Source of the DNA: Squalus acanthias
Taxonomy: Eukaryota
DNA length: 64,000 bases
Reading direction: 5' to 3'
Assembly (NCBI GenBank): GCA_030390025.1
Contig: CM059425.1
Span: 178,376,001-178,440,000, forward strand
Position 1 is the stretch's first letter; each line of letters starts with the position of its first letter. A program made the position numbers and the translations under genes. Below the pieces are notes generated by a model, which was given only the letters and a program-made list of their open reading frames with translations, made no database searches and had not been told where the DNA came from. Shown in pieces: positions 1-13,110 of the stretch.

Positions 1-577
1 AATCGTGTCTGCTGGTCCCGACTCCGTCCTGCCTCTAAGAGGCGGGATAGGCTGTTAAGGCCCTTAACAAGCACTAAATTGCCTCTATAATGCCATTTTG
101 AAAGGCCTTCGTGATTTTAACCCTTTTTCTACGTGAAGCACGCCTGTTCTGAACCACGAATGTGAAACCTGGCGGTAGCACATTTCGATAGCTGACTATC
201 GGCTGCAGGTCCACTATTACAATGGAGATGTGTAGTAGTAGGAGGAGTAATAATAATAATATCTGGGAGTGGTGGTGGTGGTACAAAAATATCTGGGCGC
301 AGACTTAGGGCTGCTGCTGCTCATTTTGCCTTCAGGTCCTCTCGCAGCAAAGGCCAGGCAGTCTTTGCAGACCTTGAATGCAGCAGCAATTATGACATCA
401 TCAGAGGCGACTTTTAGACTGAAAACACTAATTGGTTTATGGGTTCCCACATACTGGAACTCAATTGCCCAATTAGGTGAAAATCGCATCAATCTCCCAC
501 ATCCAATTGCAGTCGGGTGGATAACACGAAAAGTGGATAACATGACCCCAGCCCGCCCCAGTATCAAAATCCAGCCC
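1..577. mobile_element. Harbinger-type MITE, left end outside the window; same family as 17966-18680
   Basis: Colinear similarity to 18090-18680; ends in TIR CAAAATCCAGCCC at 577. Confidence 0.8.
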
Positions 578-2040
578 ATAGAGTCTGGAGTTGGCCATGA
601 GCAAATTGAACTCAATAAAAATTGCCTTGCATCTCTCCACATCCCTTGCATTCAAATGGCAGCTGACATAACGTTCAATAGCACAAAAGTTATCTAAAAT
701 ACACTTGTCTTTGTTTTTTTTATCCTCTATAGTTGGAAACCATACAAGCACAGTTGGACTCTCTTACATGAACAAGGGGTACAGATTCTCCAAAAACGCA
801 CTTGTCAACTGTAGGTTTAAAAACTGAGGAGTTTTCATCACACAATATATGCTGCAGAAATCAAATGAACTGTCTCCGTCAAGTAAGGCAGCATAGTTAT
901 AAAGTTTCCACTTTTGGATGTCTTCACAGGTCAATTGTTCTCGGCTTTTACAAATTGTTACTTCAAATTCAATAGCACATTAACTGAATACTGGCTAAAA
1001 GGTGCCCTCTATTGATTGAGAATTATTGACCTCAATTAAGGATGAATTGATGATCTAAACACGGTGTGATTTGGGATTTATCCACTGGCAGATTGGGAAG
1101 GGATATATTTGGTTTGAAAATAAAAATAAAAGTTGTAATATAGCTTTGGGAGGGATTGAACAGCAATAATGGTTTTCATTTGGTATTGTCTTGTGAAGGC
1201 TGGAAGATTGATGGACTTAGCCTTTAATTTCCTCTTTCAGTATTCCAGCCTATTGACCCTTTGGCACGACAGTTTACCCATATATCTGTTAATGAATTCC
1301 ATGCCTTTAATATAGCAAACCCTTCCACCAAATTGCGCTTCCTGAAGTTAAAAATCATTTAAATTTTTTGTTCTTGCCACATTTGCCACATTTTCCATAT
1401 TGTATGAGTCAAAATTTTAAATAACGACTGAAATATGTACATGTTGTATCATCATGGTTTGTATTGCCTGCTGAATTAAGATGTCAGAATAACCTTGTTA
1501 GTGGACTGTAAATGGTAATGAACTTTCAGGCTAAAAATAGTAGGATTGAAACACAAGTTTCCAGTGGAATCACTTGCATAAACTGAAATAAATATGGAGT
1601 TGTTGATTTGCGGTGTGGATTTTTAAGGTGTACCATGACAAGGTATCAACTTGATATGGATTGTATCGGGGTGGGGAAGTTATTAACCCCCCCCACATTT
1701 ATGGTCAAGGAATTGCAATGGCAAACTGATTTATAGGTGACCTTTGCACTTGTGACATTAATGATTTTTCATTCCATTCTATGTGGTGGTAAAGAGCAGC
1801 ATCTGCCCCCATTTATATTGTGTTCTTATTGGATCTTCAGTTTTTTTCATTCTAGTCTCGTCTTTAATTGATTTCCTAAGCAACATAAGATTGAATACCA
1901 CAGAATGCTAGAGGTAATATAATTTTAAAATATTCTTTTATGGGTTTTTTTTTTGTTCATCCCACTGAGGAATGTCAGTGGGGATGAATTTCCTTTTTGT
2001 TTTAGCACAGTCTAGATGCAGTGTAAAGCTGTCTTGTCAT

Positions 2041-2320
2041 CCGTGGTTTTCAAACCTTTCTGTGTGGCGACTCCTGCAAATATTGACTTGCTCCCAGGGT
2101 GCCCGCTAGTCCTAATTTCTAAAAGACATGGTACGTTACCCAAAATAAAACAGTACAATCATTACAGAAAATGTATTTTATTAGAATTTAGCAACAGAAA
2201 TAATGTGCTAGTACATCAAGAAATATGGTAAGATTCAAAACCTGATCACAGATGGATAAAGGTCTGGGATCTTCTCAAAGACCCTCTGGAGTCCAGGAAT
2301 CTCAGTTTGAAAACCTATGA
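2041..2320. mobile_element. hAT/Charlie-like MITE
   Basis: Inverted termini GGTTTTCAAAC / GTTTGAAAACC; a related element lies at ~11336-11687. Confidence 0.55.
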
Positions 2321-3169
2321 TTTACACTGCTTTAACTCCAATTTCAGAGGACACTCCCTACTGGACTATAATTTTTTCCATTTCCCACACTAACTATCCT
2401 TAGAATTCCTTGGAGTGAGAGCTCCAGATTTTGGACAATTCTTTGCTCCAAATTCACACCTAAGACTACGTGAACTTATTTCACATAGGAGCCTTACAGT
2501 TGGCAGAGGGAAGAAACTGGATTTGTTCCTAGAGATAAAAAGACAAAGCTCCAATCCACTCTGTCACCTCCATTTACACTACATTTATGCTTCTACTAGT
2601 GTTATCACTCATATTTGACCAGTTCACCTTATCTTGCATAGTTGGGAGGACCCCTAGCTGAGCCTATTTTTCTTCACCATATTCAATATATGAAGAGCAT
2701 GCATTGGTTTGTGAAAGGGCCCTGTCTTTATGAAAAAAGTGGTGGAAAACCTATTATTGTTTGGAAAAGAACCATTTTTTGTCAGAATGATGCCACCAAT
2801 GCATTATGTGATTGTACCGTCTGTTTGTAAATGAGAAAAAGTTTGCTAAACATTGATTCAAGTTGTAAAAGGACTATTAGGCTGGCTCAGTGATTGGACA
2901 CTCCAAGTAGGGAGTGCCGATCCTACGGAGCGCAGGGTAGGAATTTGTAGGTCCACAGACCACCCTGAGAATCCGCTCCTTTCTGGGAGCACTCTATCGT
3001 GGAATCAGCTCTTATGTACAAAACTATTGCACCACTCATCTAATGTCCAATCTTACACTGCCACATTTGCATTCAGTGGCTTTAAATATCAGATTCAATC
3101 CAACATAAATTCAGTACTATAAACATAAACATGGATATGCAGTATTTGCTTCACACTGGCTAGTGGCTT

Positions 3170-3520
3170 AATTTTTTTTCTTACCAATTTACTCCCATCC
3201 CTATCTCTCCCGAAGGTATTTGTACTCTCAGAGGATTTGGTTGCGCAGTTGCTGGTCAATCTCTATTGCACTGCCACAGTGAGTGTCAGCAGGCCATTTA
3301 ACTGCACTGGGCATCTCAGCAAATCCTGATCCTATCCTCACCATGTGCACTCCAGGAGAGATTCCTGAATGGTGATCAGGAGTGGGGTCCTGGCCAATTT
3401 TCCCCTCCACAGTCAAGGGGCACTAATACCAAGTGTATCGCTGTCACCATTGCAGTTAAGCTGGGATCTGCCTGGTCTACATGACTCAGCTGCAATCAGT
3501 AAGCAGAATCTGTCAGAAAG
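3170..3520 (-). mobile_element. Old SINE-like repeat, family unnamed (further copies ~6460-6590, ~28845-28950, ~49480-49745)
   Basis: Recurring degenerate blocks CAGTGAGTGTCAG and GATCAGGAG..CCCTGGCTGATTTTTCCC. SINE identity and strand are inferred. Confidence 0.4.
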
Positions 3521-3821
3521 GTTGAACTATTGGAGTTGTATGTGGCACCTCCTCTACCAATCACCTGACGTTAAGTGGCCATGAAATAAAGGGGTGTTAA
3601 AAGGAGAACAAATAATCAGAATTAGAGGTGATAGTCACTTAATTGACTTACCAGGAGAGGAAAGGAGAAACAATGCATACACAATACTATTGATTGAATT
3701 AGTCATGTTAATGCTCATCAGTTAGTATTGATTCTGCTTCACTTAATGTGTAGTGAAGAAGATGGAAAGCATTGTTACTTACATCAGGAGTTCAGATTTT
3801 TGTGTCTCGTATTTGTAAATC

Positions 3822-5268
3822 ACTTTTTTATTCATTCACAGAATGTGGGAATTGCTGGTAAGGCCAACATTCATTGCCCATCCCGAATTGCCCTTGAGAA
3901 GGTGGTGGTGAGCCGCCTTCCTGAACCGCTGCAGTCCATGTGGTGAAGGTACTCCCACAGTGCTGTTAGGGAGGGAGTTCCAGGAATTTGACCCAGCGAC
4001 GATGAAGGATCGGCGATATATTTGCAAGTCAGGATGGTGTGTGACTTGGGGGGGAAACTTGGACGTGGTGGTGTTCATATGCGCCTGCTGCCCTTGTCCT
4101 AGGTGGTAGAGGTCGTGGGTTTGGGAGGTGCTGTTGAAGAAGCCTTGGTGAGTTGTTGCAGTGCATCTTGTAGATGGTACACACTGCAGCCACAGTACGC
4201 CAGTGGTGGAGGGAGTGAATGTTTAAGGTGGTGGATGCGGTGCCAATCAAGCGGGCTACTTTGCCCTGGATGGTGTTGAGCTTCTTGAGTGTTAGAGCTG
4301 CACTCATCCAGGCCAGTGGGGAGAATTCCATCACACTCCTGACTTGTGCCTTGTAGATGGTGGAAAGGCTTTGGGAGTCGGGAGGTGAGACACTTGCCGC
4401 AGAATACCCAGCCTCTGACCTGCTGTTGTAGCCACAGTATTTATGTGGCTGGTCCAGTTGATTTTCTGGTCAATGGTGACCCCCAGGATGTTGATGGTGG
4501 GGGTTTCGACGATGGTAATGCCATTGAATGTCATGGGACGGTGGGTTACTTTCTCTTGTTGGAGATAGGCATCGCCTGGCACTTGCGTGGCGCGAATGTT
4601 ACTTGCCACTTATCAGCCCAAGCCTGAATGTTGTCCAGGTCTTGCTGCATGCGGGCTAGGTCTGCTTTATTATCTGAGGAGTTGCAAGTGGAACTGAACA
4701 CATCAGTGAACATCCCCATTTCTGACCTTATGTTGGAGGGAAGGTCATTGATGAAGCAGCTGAAGATGGTTGGGGCCGAGGACATTGCCCTGAGGAACTC
4801 CTGCAGCGAAGTCCTGGGGCTGAGATGATTGTCCTCCAACAACCACAACCATCTTCCTTTGTGCTAGGTATGACTCCCGTCAGTGGAGAGTTTTCCCCCT
4901 GATTCCCATTGACTTCAATTTTACTCTGGCTCCTTAATGTCAAGGGCAGTCACTCTCACCTCACCTCTGGAATTCAGCTCTTTTAACCATATTTGGACCA
5001 AGGCTGTAATGAGGTATGGAGCTGAGTGGTCCTGGCGGAACCCAAACTGAGCATCATGAGCAGGTTATTGGTGAGTAAGTGCCGCTTGATAGCACTGTGG
5101 ACGACACCTTCCATCACATTGCTGATGAGTGAGAGTAGATTGATGGGACGGTAATTGGCTGGATTGGATTTGTCCTGCTTTTTGTGGACAGGACATACCT
5201 GGGCAATTTTCCACTTTGTCGGGTAGATGCCAGTGTTGTAGCTGTACTAGAACAGCTTGGCTAGAGGC
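3822..5268 (-). mobile_element. CR1-group LINE (family distinct from canonical CR1), decayed RT and 3' end
   Basis: Frameshifted RT pieces (PTIFSCFINDLPS, MQQDLDNIQAWADKWQVTF); A-rich 3' tail near 3825. Confidence 0.85.
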
Positions 5269-5669
5269 TATTGCTAATTTTAATACTGATTCCTATTGGG
5301 TTTAAAGTCCAATGCACAACTGTTAAAAGGATTTAAATTGGTGAGAATATTTTTGAAGTGCCTCAGTGAAGAATTACTTGGGTTATCAGAAGGATACTGT
5401 AATAGTTTGAGAGCTCCTTCATTAGCTTGGCAACTGTTTTGTCTTAATAAAATATCACTTTTTCTGTTTAATTGGCTAATAATATGCAAGACTTTGTGCT
5501 ACAATATATTCGGGTTGTTCAAGCTATTTCCATGTAAAAGAAGTTGTGAATGTGTACCTTTATCTGTAGCAGTAGCAACATTGCAATTTTGAACATCGAC
5601 CTGAAAACAAGTTTTCTCTGGGAGCAAGACCGCTCTTGTAAGACTCTCGGCATCGTGCCGAGCTCTTTA

Positions 5670-5960
5670 CTTGTCCCATTACCATCTCCTTTTGCCTTGC
5701 ACCATCTCTTAATCTCTCTTAATCTCTCTTGATATCTCTTAATCTCTCCTGCCTGCCTTCCATCCTATCACAGACCTTCCCTTTTGTTCTTTCCTCCCCT
5801 CCCCCCTTTCCCTGCCCCTACACTTGCTTAAAAACCTGTTCCATCTCCAGCTTTTTCCAGTTCTGACGAAGCGTCATCGACCTGAAACGTTAACTCTGTT
5901 TCTCTCTCCACAGATGCTGCCTGACCTGCTGAGTATTTCCAGCGTTTTCTGTTTCGATTA
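5670..5960 (+). mobile_element. Penelope-like element, 3' terminal fragment
   Basis: Reverse-complement similarity to 50961-51240; hammerhead-like core at 5859-5895. Confidence 0.75.
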
Positions 5961-5964
5961 CTTT

Positions 5965-6385
5965 AATGCTTCTTGCAGGCCTCCCATGCTCCATCCTCCA
6001 TAAACTCCAACTTGTCCAAAACTGATGTATGTATTCTGCCCTCCCATACTCACCCATCACCTCATCCTCGCTGACCTACACTAGCTCCCAGTGCATTCAA
6101 TTTTAAATCCCTGTCCTAATTTATAAATCTCTCCACAGCTTTGTTCCGCCTCATCTCTGCAAATTCCTCCAGCACTATATCTTCCCCCGACCACTTTGTT
6201 CCTCTCACTCCGGTCTTCTGTGCAACTCTCCCTTGGCTTCACGATTAGTGGCAGAACCTTTAGTCATGTTGGCCCTACACTTGGAACTTCCTGCCTAAAG
6301 CTTTATATCTTTAAAAAAAAACTCTTATTTGTGAATTGCCTTGAAATATTTATTTACATTGTCACTACGTAAATGGAAGTTGTTG
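5965..6385 (+). mobile_element. Degenerate L2 LINE 3' fragment (similar copy ~29150-29750)
   Basis: Similar to the reverse complement of 57693-58110 (LHWLP-coding region and tail). Confidence 0.55.
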
Positions 6386-6609
6386 CGATATTTGCCCTTT
6401 TTGTTTTCATGTGCAAACCTAGATGTTGGGAGGTTATTTGGGGAGAATGATATCATACCACACCCACACAGTTTGTAGCAGGGGTTACTGGGTAGTGATC
6501 AGGAGCAGAACCCTGGCTGATTTTTTTCCCCCTACAGGGGCCTGGTGTAGTGTCCTTACTACCACCTCAGCTAAGATCAGCTAACTTATAACCACTATGC
6601 TACCATATG

Positions 6610-6985
6610 TGTGTTGTTACTAGACTAGACTAATGATCCAGAGACATAAGTTCAAATCCCACCACGGCAGCTGGGGAATTTAAGTTTAATTAATAAATCT
6701 GGAATAAAAAGCTAGTATCAGTAATGGTGACCATGGAAATGCTGGATTGTTGTAAAAACCCATCTTGTTCACTAATGTCCTTTTAGGGAAGGAAATCTGC
6801 CGTCCTTACCCAGTCTGGCCTATATGTGACTCCAGACCCACAGAAATGTGGTTGACTCTTAACCGCCCTCTGCAGTTCAAGAAGGCGGCTCACCACCATC
6901 TTCTGAAGGCAATTTGGAATGGGCAATAAATGCTGACCTTGCCGGCGACGCCTGCATCCTATGAACGAACAAAAATAAAAAAAAT
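6610..6985 (+). mobile_element. tRNA-derived SINE with LINE-derived 3' tail
   Basis: B-box GTTCAAATCC at 6650-6659; last ~110 nt match the 3' end of the LINEs at 3822 and 7573; A-rich end. Confidence 0.75.
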
Positions 6986-7536
6986 CGGGTATATCTGGGG
7001 ACCTTCCTATTTTGATGGTTTCGCTCTCTACTGAGCAGTAAACTTACCAAAAAGCCCATGTGGCATTGTTTCAGTCAGATGCTAAGCAGAAATATTTGGT
7101 AATTTAGACCAGTGCCCTATCTCTTTTGCAACTTTACATTCAACTATCAATGTGCATCATCTGGCTTGCTAATGTATCTGTTAATAGTGGTATGATTGTT
7201 CCACACTAGAGCCAATTGATCTTGGAGCAGCAGATTGAAAAACATCAGCATCAGCCATACCACTTCTATTACCAACTTGTTGATATGACAAATTGCCTGG
7301 GAAAGTGGCCAAGTACAGCTATATCCAAGTACCAAACTTGAAAGGGAGATATTGGTGATGATGGTCACCTATGTAGGCTGAAGAATATAACTGAACTATC
7401 ACACAATTTTTAGTGCCTCTCAAAAAGCTTCTGCTAAATTTAGGCCTAGTGGTGCTGAGGTGAATATTTTGGTCACGACTGTTCCAGTATATTGAGTTAG
7501 AAGAGATGCAAGAGAGCCTCAAGTAGGGACAACACA

Positions 7537-8956
7537 TTCAGTCAGAAAGCTTAAAGTTGGCTTTCAAAGTTTTTTTTATTCGTTCCTGGGATGTGGGCGT
7601 TGCTGGCAAGGCCAGCATTTATTGCCCGTCCCTAATTGCCCTTGAGAAGGTGGTGGTGAGTCGCCGCCTTGAACTACTGCAGTCCTTGTGGTGAAGGTAC
7701 ACCCACAGTGCTGTTAGGGAGGAAGTTCCAGGATTTTGACCCAGCGATGATGAAGGAACGGCGATATATTCCCAAGTCAGGATGGTGTGTAATTTGGAGG
7801 GGAACTTGCAGGTGAAGGTGTTCCCATGCGCCTGCTGCCCTTGTTTTTCTAGGTGGTAGAGGTTGCGGGTTTGGAAGGTGCTGCCAAAGAAGCCTTGGTG
7901 AGTTGCTGCAGTGCATCTTGTAGATGGTACACACTGTAGCCACATTGCACCGGTGGTGGAGGGAGTGAATGTTTAAGGTGGTCGATGGGGTGCCAATCAA
8001 GCGGGCTGCTTTGTCCTGGATAGTGTTGAGCTTCTTGAGTGTTGTTGGAGCTGCACTCTGAACCCTATTAACTAGAAGCAGGATAATTGCTTGCTGTGTG
8101 AAACTTGGCTCTAACTAATGTTATTTTTCAGTGAGACAGAGTTTCTTATAGTTATCCTTCAACCCTGTTGAGGTTTTCTCCACCCAAATTCCTAATGGTT
8201 GGCTCATAATGAATTCTCTGTTAACACCAAGGCCAGGTTGTTGAGAGTTATCCAAATACACAGTCAGCTATGCTAGCATAAGGAAACTGCCCTGAGGGTG
8301 AATAAAATGCTAATGTCATTGTTATCAGTTGATGCCTTTTGCTACTGTCAAGCTACCTGAATAACATGCATAATATGGTGTCTGAATTGTAATCGCTGAC
8401 ATTGCACATTCATTACAACCGTCATACCTAGAGATATAATGTGCCAGGTAGTTGGCAAGGATACGATTTAAATAAACAGTGTGCTGCACTTTGCATATAT
8501 ACTACCCAAAATCTCTCCTGTTTTGTCTGGGGCCAGCAGATTGTTGGAGTCTAGTAAGGTCCTTTCCACATAGTAGTGTACAGATTAAAATCCTGCTACC
8601 ACAAAAATAAATCCTGGTGTTATATAGGACTAACACAGATAATAATGCATATCTTCAGGTCCTATGTCACTCCTAACTGAACTATGTCAGTTCAAACTTC
8701 ACGCTCCCTGGAAATACAACAGTCAAGACTGACTTTACTCATTTCCAATCAGTGGGGCTTAAATCTCAGCTCATTTGAGCCAACCATTTGGAATTTGGGT
8801 GGAGAAAACCTCAACAGGGTTGAAGGATAACTACGAGGAACTCTGTCTCACTGAAAAATATTAGTTATAGCCAAGTTCCACACAGCAAGCAATTGTCCTG
8901 CTTCTAGTTAATGGATATTGGAATTTTGAAAGCCAACTTTAAGCTTTCAGACTGAA
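7537..8956. repeat. Long inverted-repeat (foldback/MITE-like) element, left arm split by a LINE
   Basis: 7537-7568 pairs with 8925-8956, and ~8068-8212 pairs with ~8771-8912. Confidence 0.75.
7573..8058 (-). mobile_element. CR1-group LINE 3' end (same family as 3822-5268)
   Basis: High similarity to 3825-4305; ORF piece LNIHSLHHRC..CTIYKMHCSNSPRLL. Confidence 0.85.
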
Positions 8957-9085
8957 CCCTGGAGGTCCCGCGCAGGCCGCTCACCAGCTTCTCAATGTAA
9001 ATAACCGCGGATGTGCGAAAAATTGAATGGGCTGCGCAGCCAGTTAAAGGGCCCGTACACCAACAAAAAAATACAGGGAACATTG
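8957..9085. mobile_element. hAT-like MITE fragment (opposite-end fragment at ~42730-42868)
   Basis: 8961-8989 is the near reverse complement of ~42795-42823; termini AGGGAACATTG and GGGGAACGTTG. Confidence 0.55.
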
Positions 9086-11040
9086 GCACAGAGCCTCTTC
9101 AGGCGATTTCAAGGAGGAGAAGGCGGAAGGTGATGCGGGCAATGCACCACCAGTGGCGCACATTGCTGCACAATGACACTAACACAAAGCAGTCCTGCAA
9201 ACAACCAAGCCTCCCTTTCACAGCCCCCTATGGCTCAGCGTCAATTCAGGTGAGAAGTGGAAGCACTTTGAGCGGAGTCCCCACTTCCATGTCCTCTTTC
9301 ACCATCATCCCTCTCAAGGCCCAGCCACTTTGTTGCTATCAATGAGCTGGGGAACACTTCGCTGCAGATCAGTGGGTTGATGAATGGCCAAGGCTAGGAT
9401 ATCAGTCATCCTACTTAAGGTGGCATTGATAGTGTGCAGGCCTGCAAGCACTTGTGTGATTGCCGCATTTGATGTTCTATGCAGGTGGCCACTCTTTCCA
9501 TGGATGAAGACATCATCGCAAAGGCCTGTGACATCATGCCACTCATGCTTGAGATGGACTCCTCCAATCTCTCTGCAAGCGTGCACAGCGTGGCTGAAAT
9601 GCCTGCCAGTACATTGCACATTCTCTGCTGCTGCTCCAGAGGTAGCCTGTTCATCAACGGCCCCCGGGATACAGAATCTGCGTCCAGCTGAGCAGAGCTT
9701 GGATCGTCCTGCGCCCTCCAACGTGGACTCTCTACTGCCATCCCTGTCTCCGCCATCTGCTCTTGCTTGCTTGTGATGCGTGAGTCACTAGGTGAAAACC
9801 CAACTACCTGGCTTACTGGTCCCACCAAAGTGTGAATATCTGAGCTGGTGCATGGTGTGCATGAGTCGTGTGACGTTGCACTCTCAGAGGGAGTGACCTC
9901 TGAGGTGTCGTCAGCGACTTGGACCACCTCCTGTGGGACATCTGAAGGCCCTGTGGGAGATAAAACACATGAATGAGTTCTGTCAAGGTAAGAATGTTTG
10001 AACTTCTTATACACATGATCATATTTCACTCGCTGTTGACATCAGGTCAACATGACTGAGTGTTGTATGCCATGTGACTGTCTGATATTTAATTCTGTCA
10101 CCAGGTAACTGGGAGGCCACCATCTCCGATGGCCAGGCACGCCGAGACTCCACTGATTTCCAACGTCACCTCCTTTGCGCTTGTTAACTGTGAGATGGCT
10201 GAAGGGCCACCTCCGGTTCTCTGCCTCTCCCTCGTGTTCTGTGCTCTCTTCTCCCGCAAGGTGGGAAAGAAGAGACCTCTGAGTGAGAGTTTTGGCATGT
10301 ATTGAATGGATGAATGGAGAGCATTTGTTGAGGGTGACTATGAGGGAGAGGTATGACATTGCATAAGGATGAGTGTGAGTGTCATTGGTGAGTCAGTGAT
10401 GGGGATGTGAGGAAGTGCATAGACAGAGGGATGGGTGTACCTGCAAAGTAAGTTGGTGTGAGGAGTTATGTGCTGGAGTAGGCTTGAGAAGGCAGAGTGA
10501 GAGGGTTGGGGTGATACGCACACCAGGATGTAGCTGAGTGTACCATTGCTCTCACCTTTCCTGACCTGCTTAGGTCATTGAACCGCGTCCTGCATTGTAT
10601 CCAGGAGCGTGGCACCGCGCTCCTGCTGCTGACCTCTTGTGCCACCTCCAACCCCGCCTTCTTGGTGCCCTAGTCGGCTTCTTCCTCCCGTCGCTAGGGA
10701 ACAGTATATCCCTCTTGCTCCTCACAGCTCGCAGCAGCACATCCAGGGAGGCGTCACTGAACCGAGGCACAGCCTTTGACCGTCTGGATTCCATTCTCCC
10801 ACTTCCTTTTCTTTGGATCCCAACTCCAAAAGCCTTCAAATTGCATGTTTGGAGTGGCCCTTTAAATACTGGAGTTGAGATCCCGTCATGTGGGTTGTCA
10901 TCACACTCGCTGACGCTAATTGGTCGGGAATCCCAAAAATGATATGGTAATGCAGTGGCTGGGTTAAAAAGCCACTGACGGACGCGCTGCACTTCTGGGT
11001 TTCCTGCGCGCTACCGGACCCCTCCACTCCCAGCGTGTCT
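9086..11040 (-). pseudogene. Harbinger remnant H1: decayed three-exon Myb/SANT gene plus probable C-terminal tip of the transposase
   Basis: PRFSDASLDVLL...EVAQEVSSRS..RSWIQCRTRFNDL with a frameshift (~10555-10795); exon 2 EKRAQNTRERQRTGGGP; exon 3 similar to 26563-27608. Confidence 0.8.
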
Positions 11041-11440
11041 TACCTTTAGATACAATGAGCTGGATTTTAATGTTAAGAAACTTTCTAACAAAGGCATGCT
11101 CTAGAAACCATGCACATACCTTCCTACGCTCCAGACCCACCAATAATAAGGTTTTTTTCCTTTTATTGTCCCTAATGGCTCTTCTATAGGATTGTTCACA
11201 GGAACTGGAGGGGTATGGTTTTTGATGTTTACCCTGGGTCTGCTGCAGCCTAAACATTGCAGCAGTTTGCCCATCACTGTCATTTAGCAAATTTACTGCA
11301 CCAATATATCACTAAAAATATTACATTAGCTATTACAATGGTTTTCAAACATTTTAGTGCGAGATCCCCTGAAAATATTGCCACAGTCCCAGGAAACCCC
11401 CTGCAAATATTGACACACACCTCTTGGCTATAAAATAGTA

Positions 11441-11645
11441 ACCATGATGCGGAGATGCCGGTGTTGGACTGGGGTGGACAAAAGTGAGAAGTCGCACAAC
11501 ACCAGGTTATAGTCCAACAGTTTTATTTGAAATCACAAGCTTTCGGAGCTGCTGCCCCTTCATCTGACGAAGGGGCAGCAGCTCCGAAAGCTTGTGATTT
11601 CAAATAAAACTGTTGGACTATAACCTGGTTTTGTGCGACTTCTCA
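11441..11645. mobile_element. Short palindromic Penelope-like insertion (inverted pLTRs plus tail), inside a hAT-like MITE
   Basis: 77-bp arms 11485-11561 and 11569-11645 with one mismatch; TSD TAAAATAGTA (11431-11440 / 11646-11655); same family as 62412-63764. Confidence 0.85.
11560..11597 (+). ncRNA. Minimal type I hammerhead ribozyme motif
   Basis: TCAT-CTGACGA-A-GGGGC(AGCA)GCTCC-GAAA-GC-TT-GTGA; palindromic AGCT stem III. Confidence 0.65.
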
Positions 11646-11924
11646 TAAAATAGTATGTACTGGACCTAATGGTATTTGAAAACCGCGTCTTTTTCACATC
11701 TTTCTTTGTATTTATATTTCTTCATATCAGGCAGAATCCTAGTTAATTTGCACTCTACCTTCTCTATTACCTCAACATAACTTCTATAGTATGGAACCAA
11801 AATTGCACACAGTACACCAACTGTGGTCTTTCTCGGGTTTTATATAGATTCACCATTAGGATTATTTCCTCTTGTTGAGGAGTCTTTCAGTGATGGGGTT
11901 GGGGGGGTGGAGGGTCATCAAGTT

Positions 11925-13110
11925 AAAATTGCACCTAAAAGTGTGAAGAAAGAGCTAGGAAAGAGATTAATAAGTAGGATTTCAAAGGTAGTAATCTCTG
12001 GATTACTCCCGGTGCCACGCGCTAGTGAGTACTGAAATAGGAGGATAGAGCAGATGAATGCGTGGCTGGAGAGAGAGTGTAGGAGGGAGGGCTTTTGATT
12101 CCTGAGGCATTGGGACTGGTTCTGGGGGAGGTGGAACCTGTACAAGCCAGACGGGTTGCACCTCCATATCCTCGCGGGGAGGTTTGCTAGTGCTGTTGGG
12201 GAGGGTTTAAACTAGCTTGGCAGGGGGGGATGGGAACCTGAGAGTAGATTCAGAAGGGAGAGAATCAAAGCTGAAATGGAAAGCAGTAAATTAGTAAGTG
12301 AGTTTGGAAGGCAGAGGAAACAAAGGCTAGAAAGTAGACAACAAAGGGGTTTGGCAGTGCTTTATGGTATATACTTCAATGCAAGGAGTCTAGTAAATAA
12401 GGCGAATTCGCTGAGGGCACTGATAGACATGTGGAATTGTGATATAGCTATTACTGAAACATGGCTGAAAGAAGGGCAGGAATGGCAGATCAGCATTCCT
12501 GGTTACAGGGTTTTCCGATGAGATAGAGAGGGGGATAAAAAAGGAGGGATTATCGCAATATTGGTTAAAGAAACAATTACGGCTGTGAGGAGGGATAATA
12601 TGTTGGAAGGATCATCAAATGAGGCCATATGGGTTGAACTCAAGAACAAAAAAGGGGCAATCACACTGCTGGGAGTGTACTATGGACCCTCAAATAGTCA
12701 GAAGAGCAAATATGTAGGCAAATTTCTGAGAAGTGCAAAAACAATAGGGCAGTAATAGTAGGGGATTTCAGCTGGGATGGAATCAGTATAAAAGGTAGAG
12801 TGTGCAGAATTCTAAAAATGCAGTTAGGAGAACTTTTTTAGCCAGTACGTAGTAAGCCGAACAAGAGAGTGGCCGGTTCTGGACTTGGTTTTAGGGAATG
12901 AAGCTGGGCAGGTGGAAGGGGTATCAATGGGAGAGCATTTTGGTGGTAGTGATCATAATTCAGTTAGATTTAGTGTAGTTATGGAAAAGGACAAAGATAG
13001 ACCAGGGAAATCTAGAACTCGGGGGCACAGTTTTAGAATAAAGGGTCGCCCTTTTAGAACTGAGATGAGGAGGAATTTCTTCTGAGGGTCGTAAATCTGT
13101 GGAATTCCAC
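11925..13110 (+). mobile_element. Decayed CR1 LINE: ORF1 end, endonuclease start, then a jump to the RT C-terminus
   Basis: VVISGLLPVPRASEY (ORF1); YFNARSL and IAITETWL (APE endonuclease); TRGHSFRIKGRPFRTEMRRNFF. Confidence 0.85.

Noticed and set aside
217..697. 142-144 aa ORFs (and 18298-18654)
   Set aside because: They lie inside MITE copies, show no domain, and ORF limits differ between copies.
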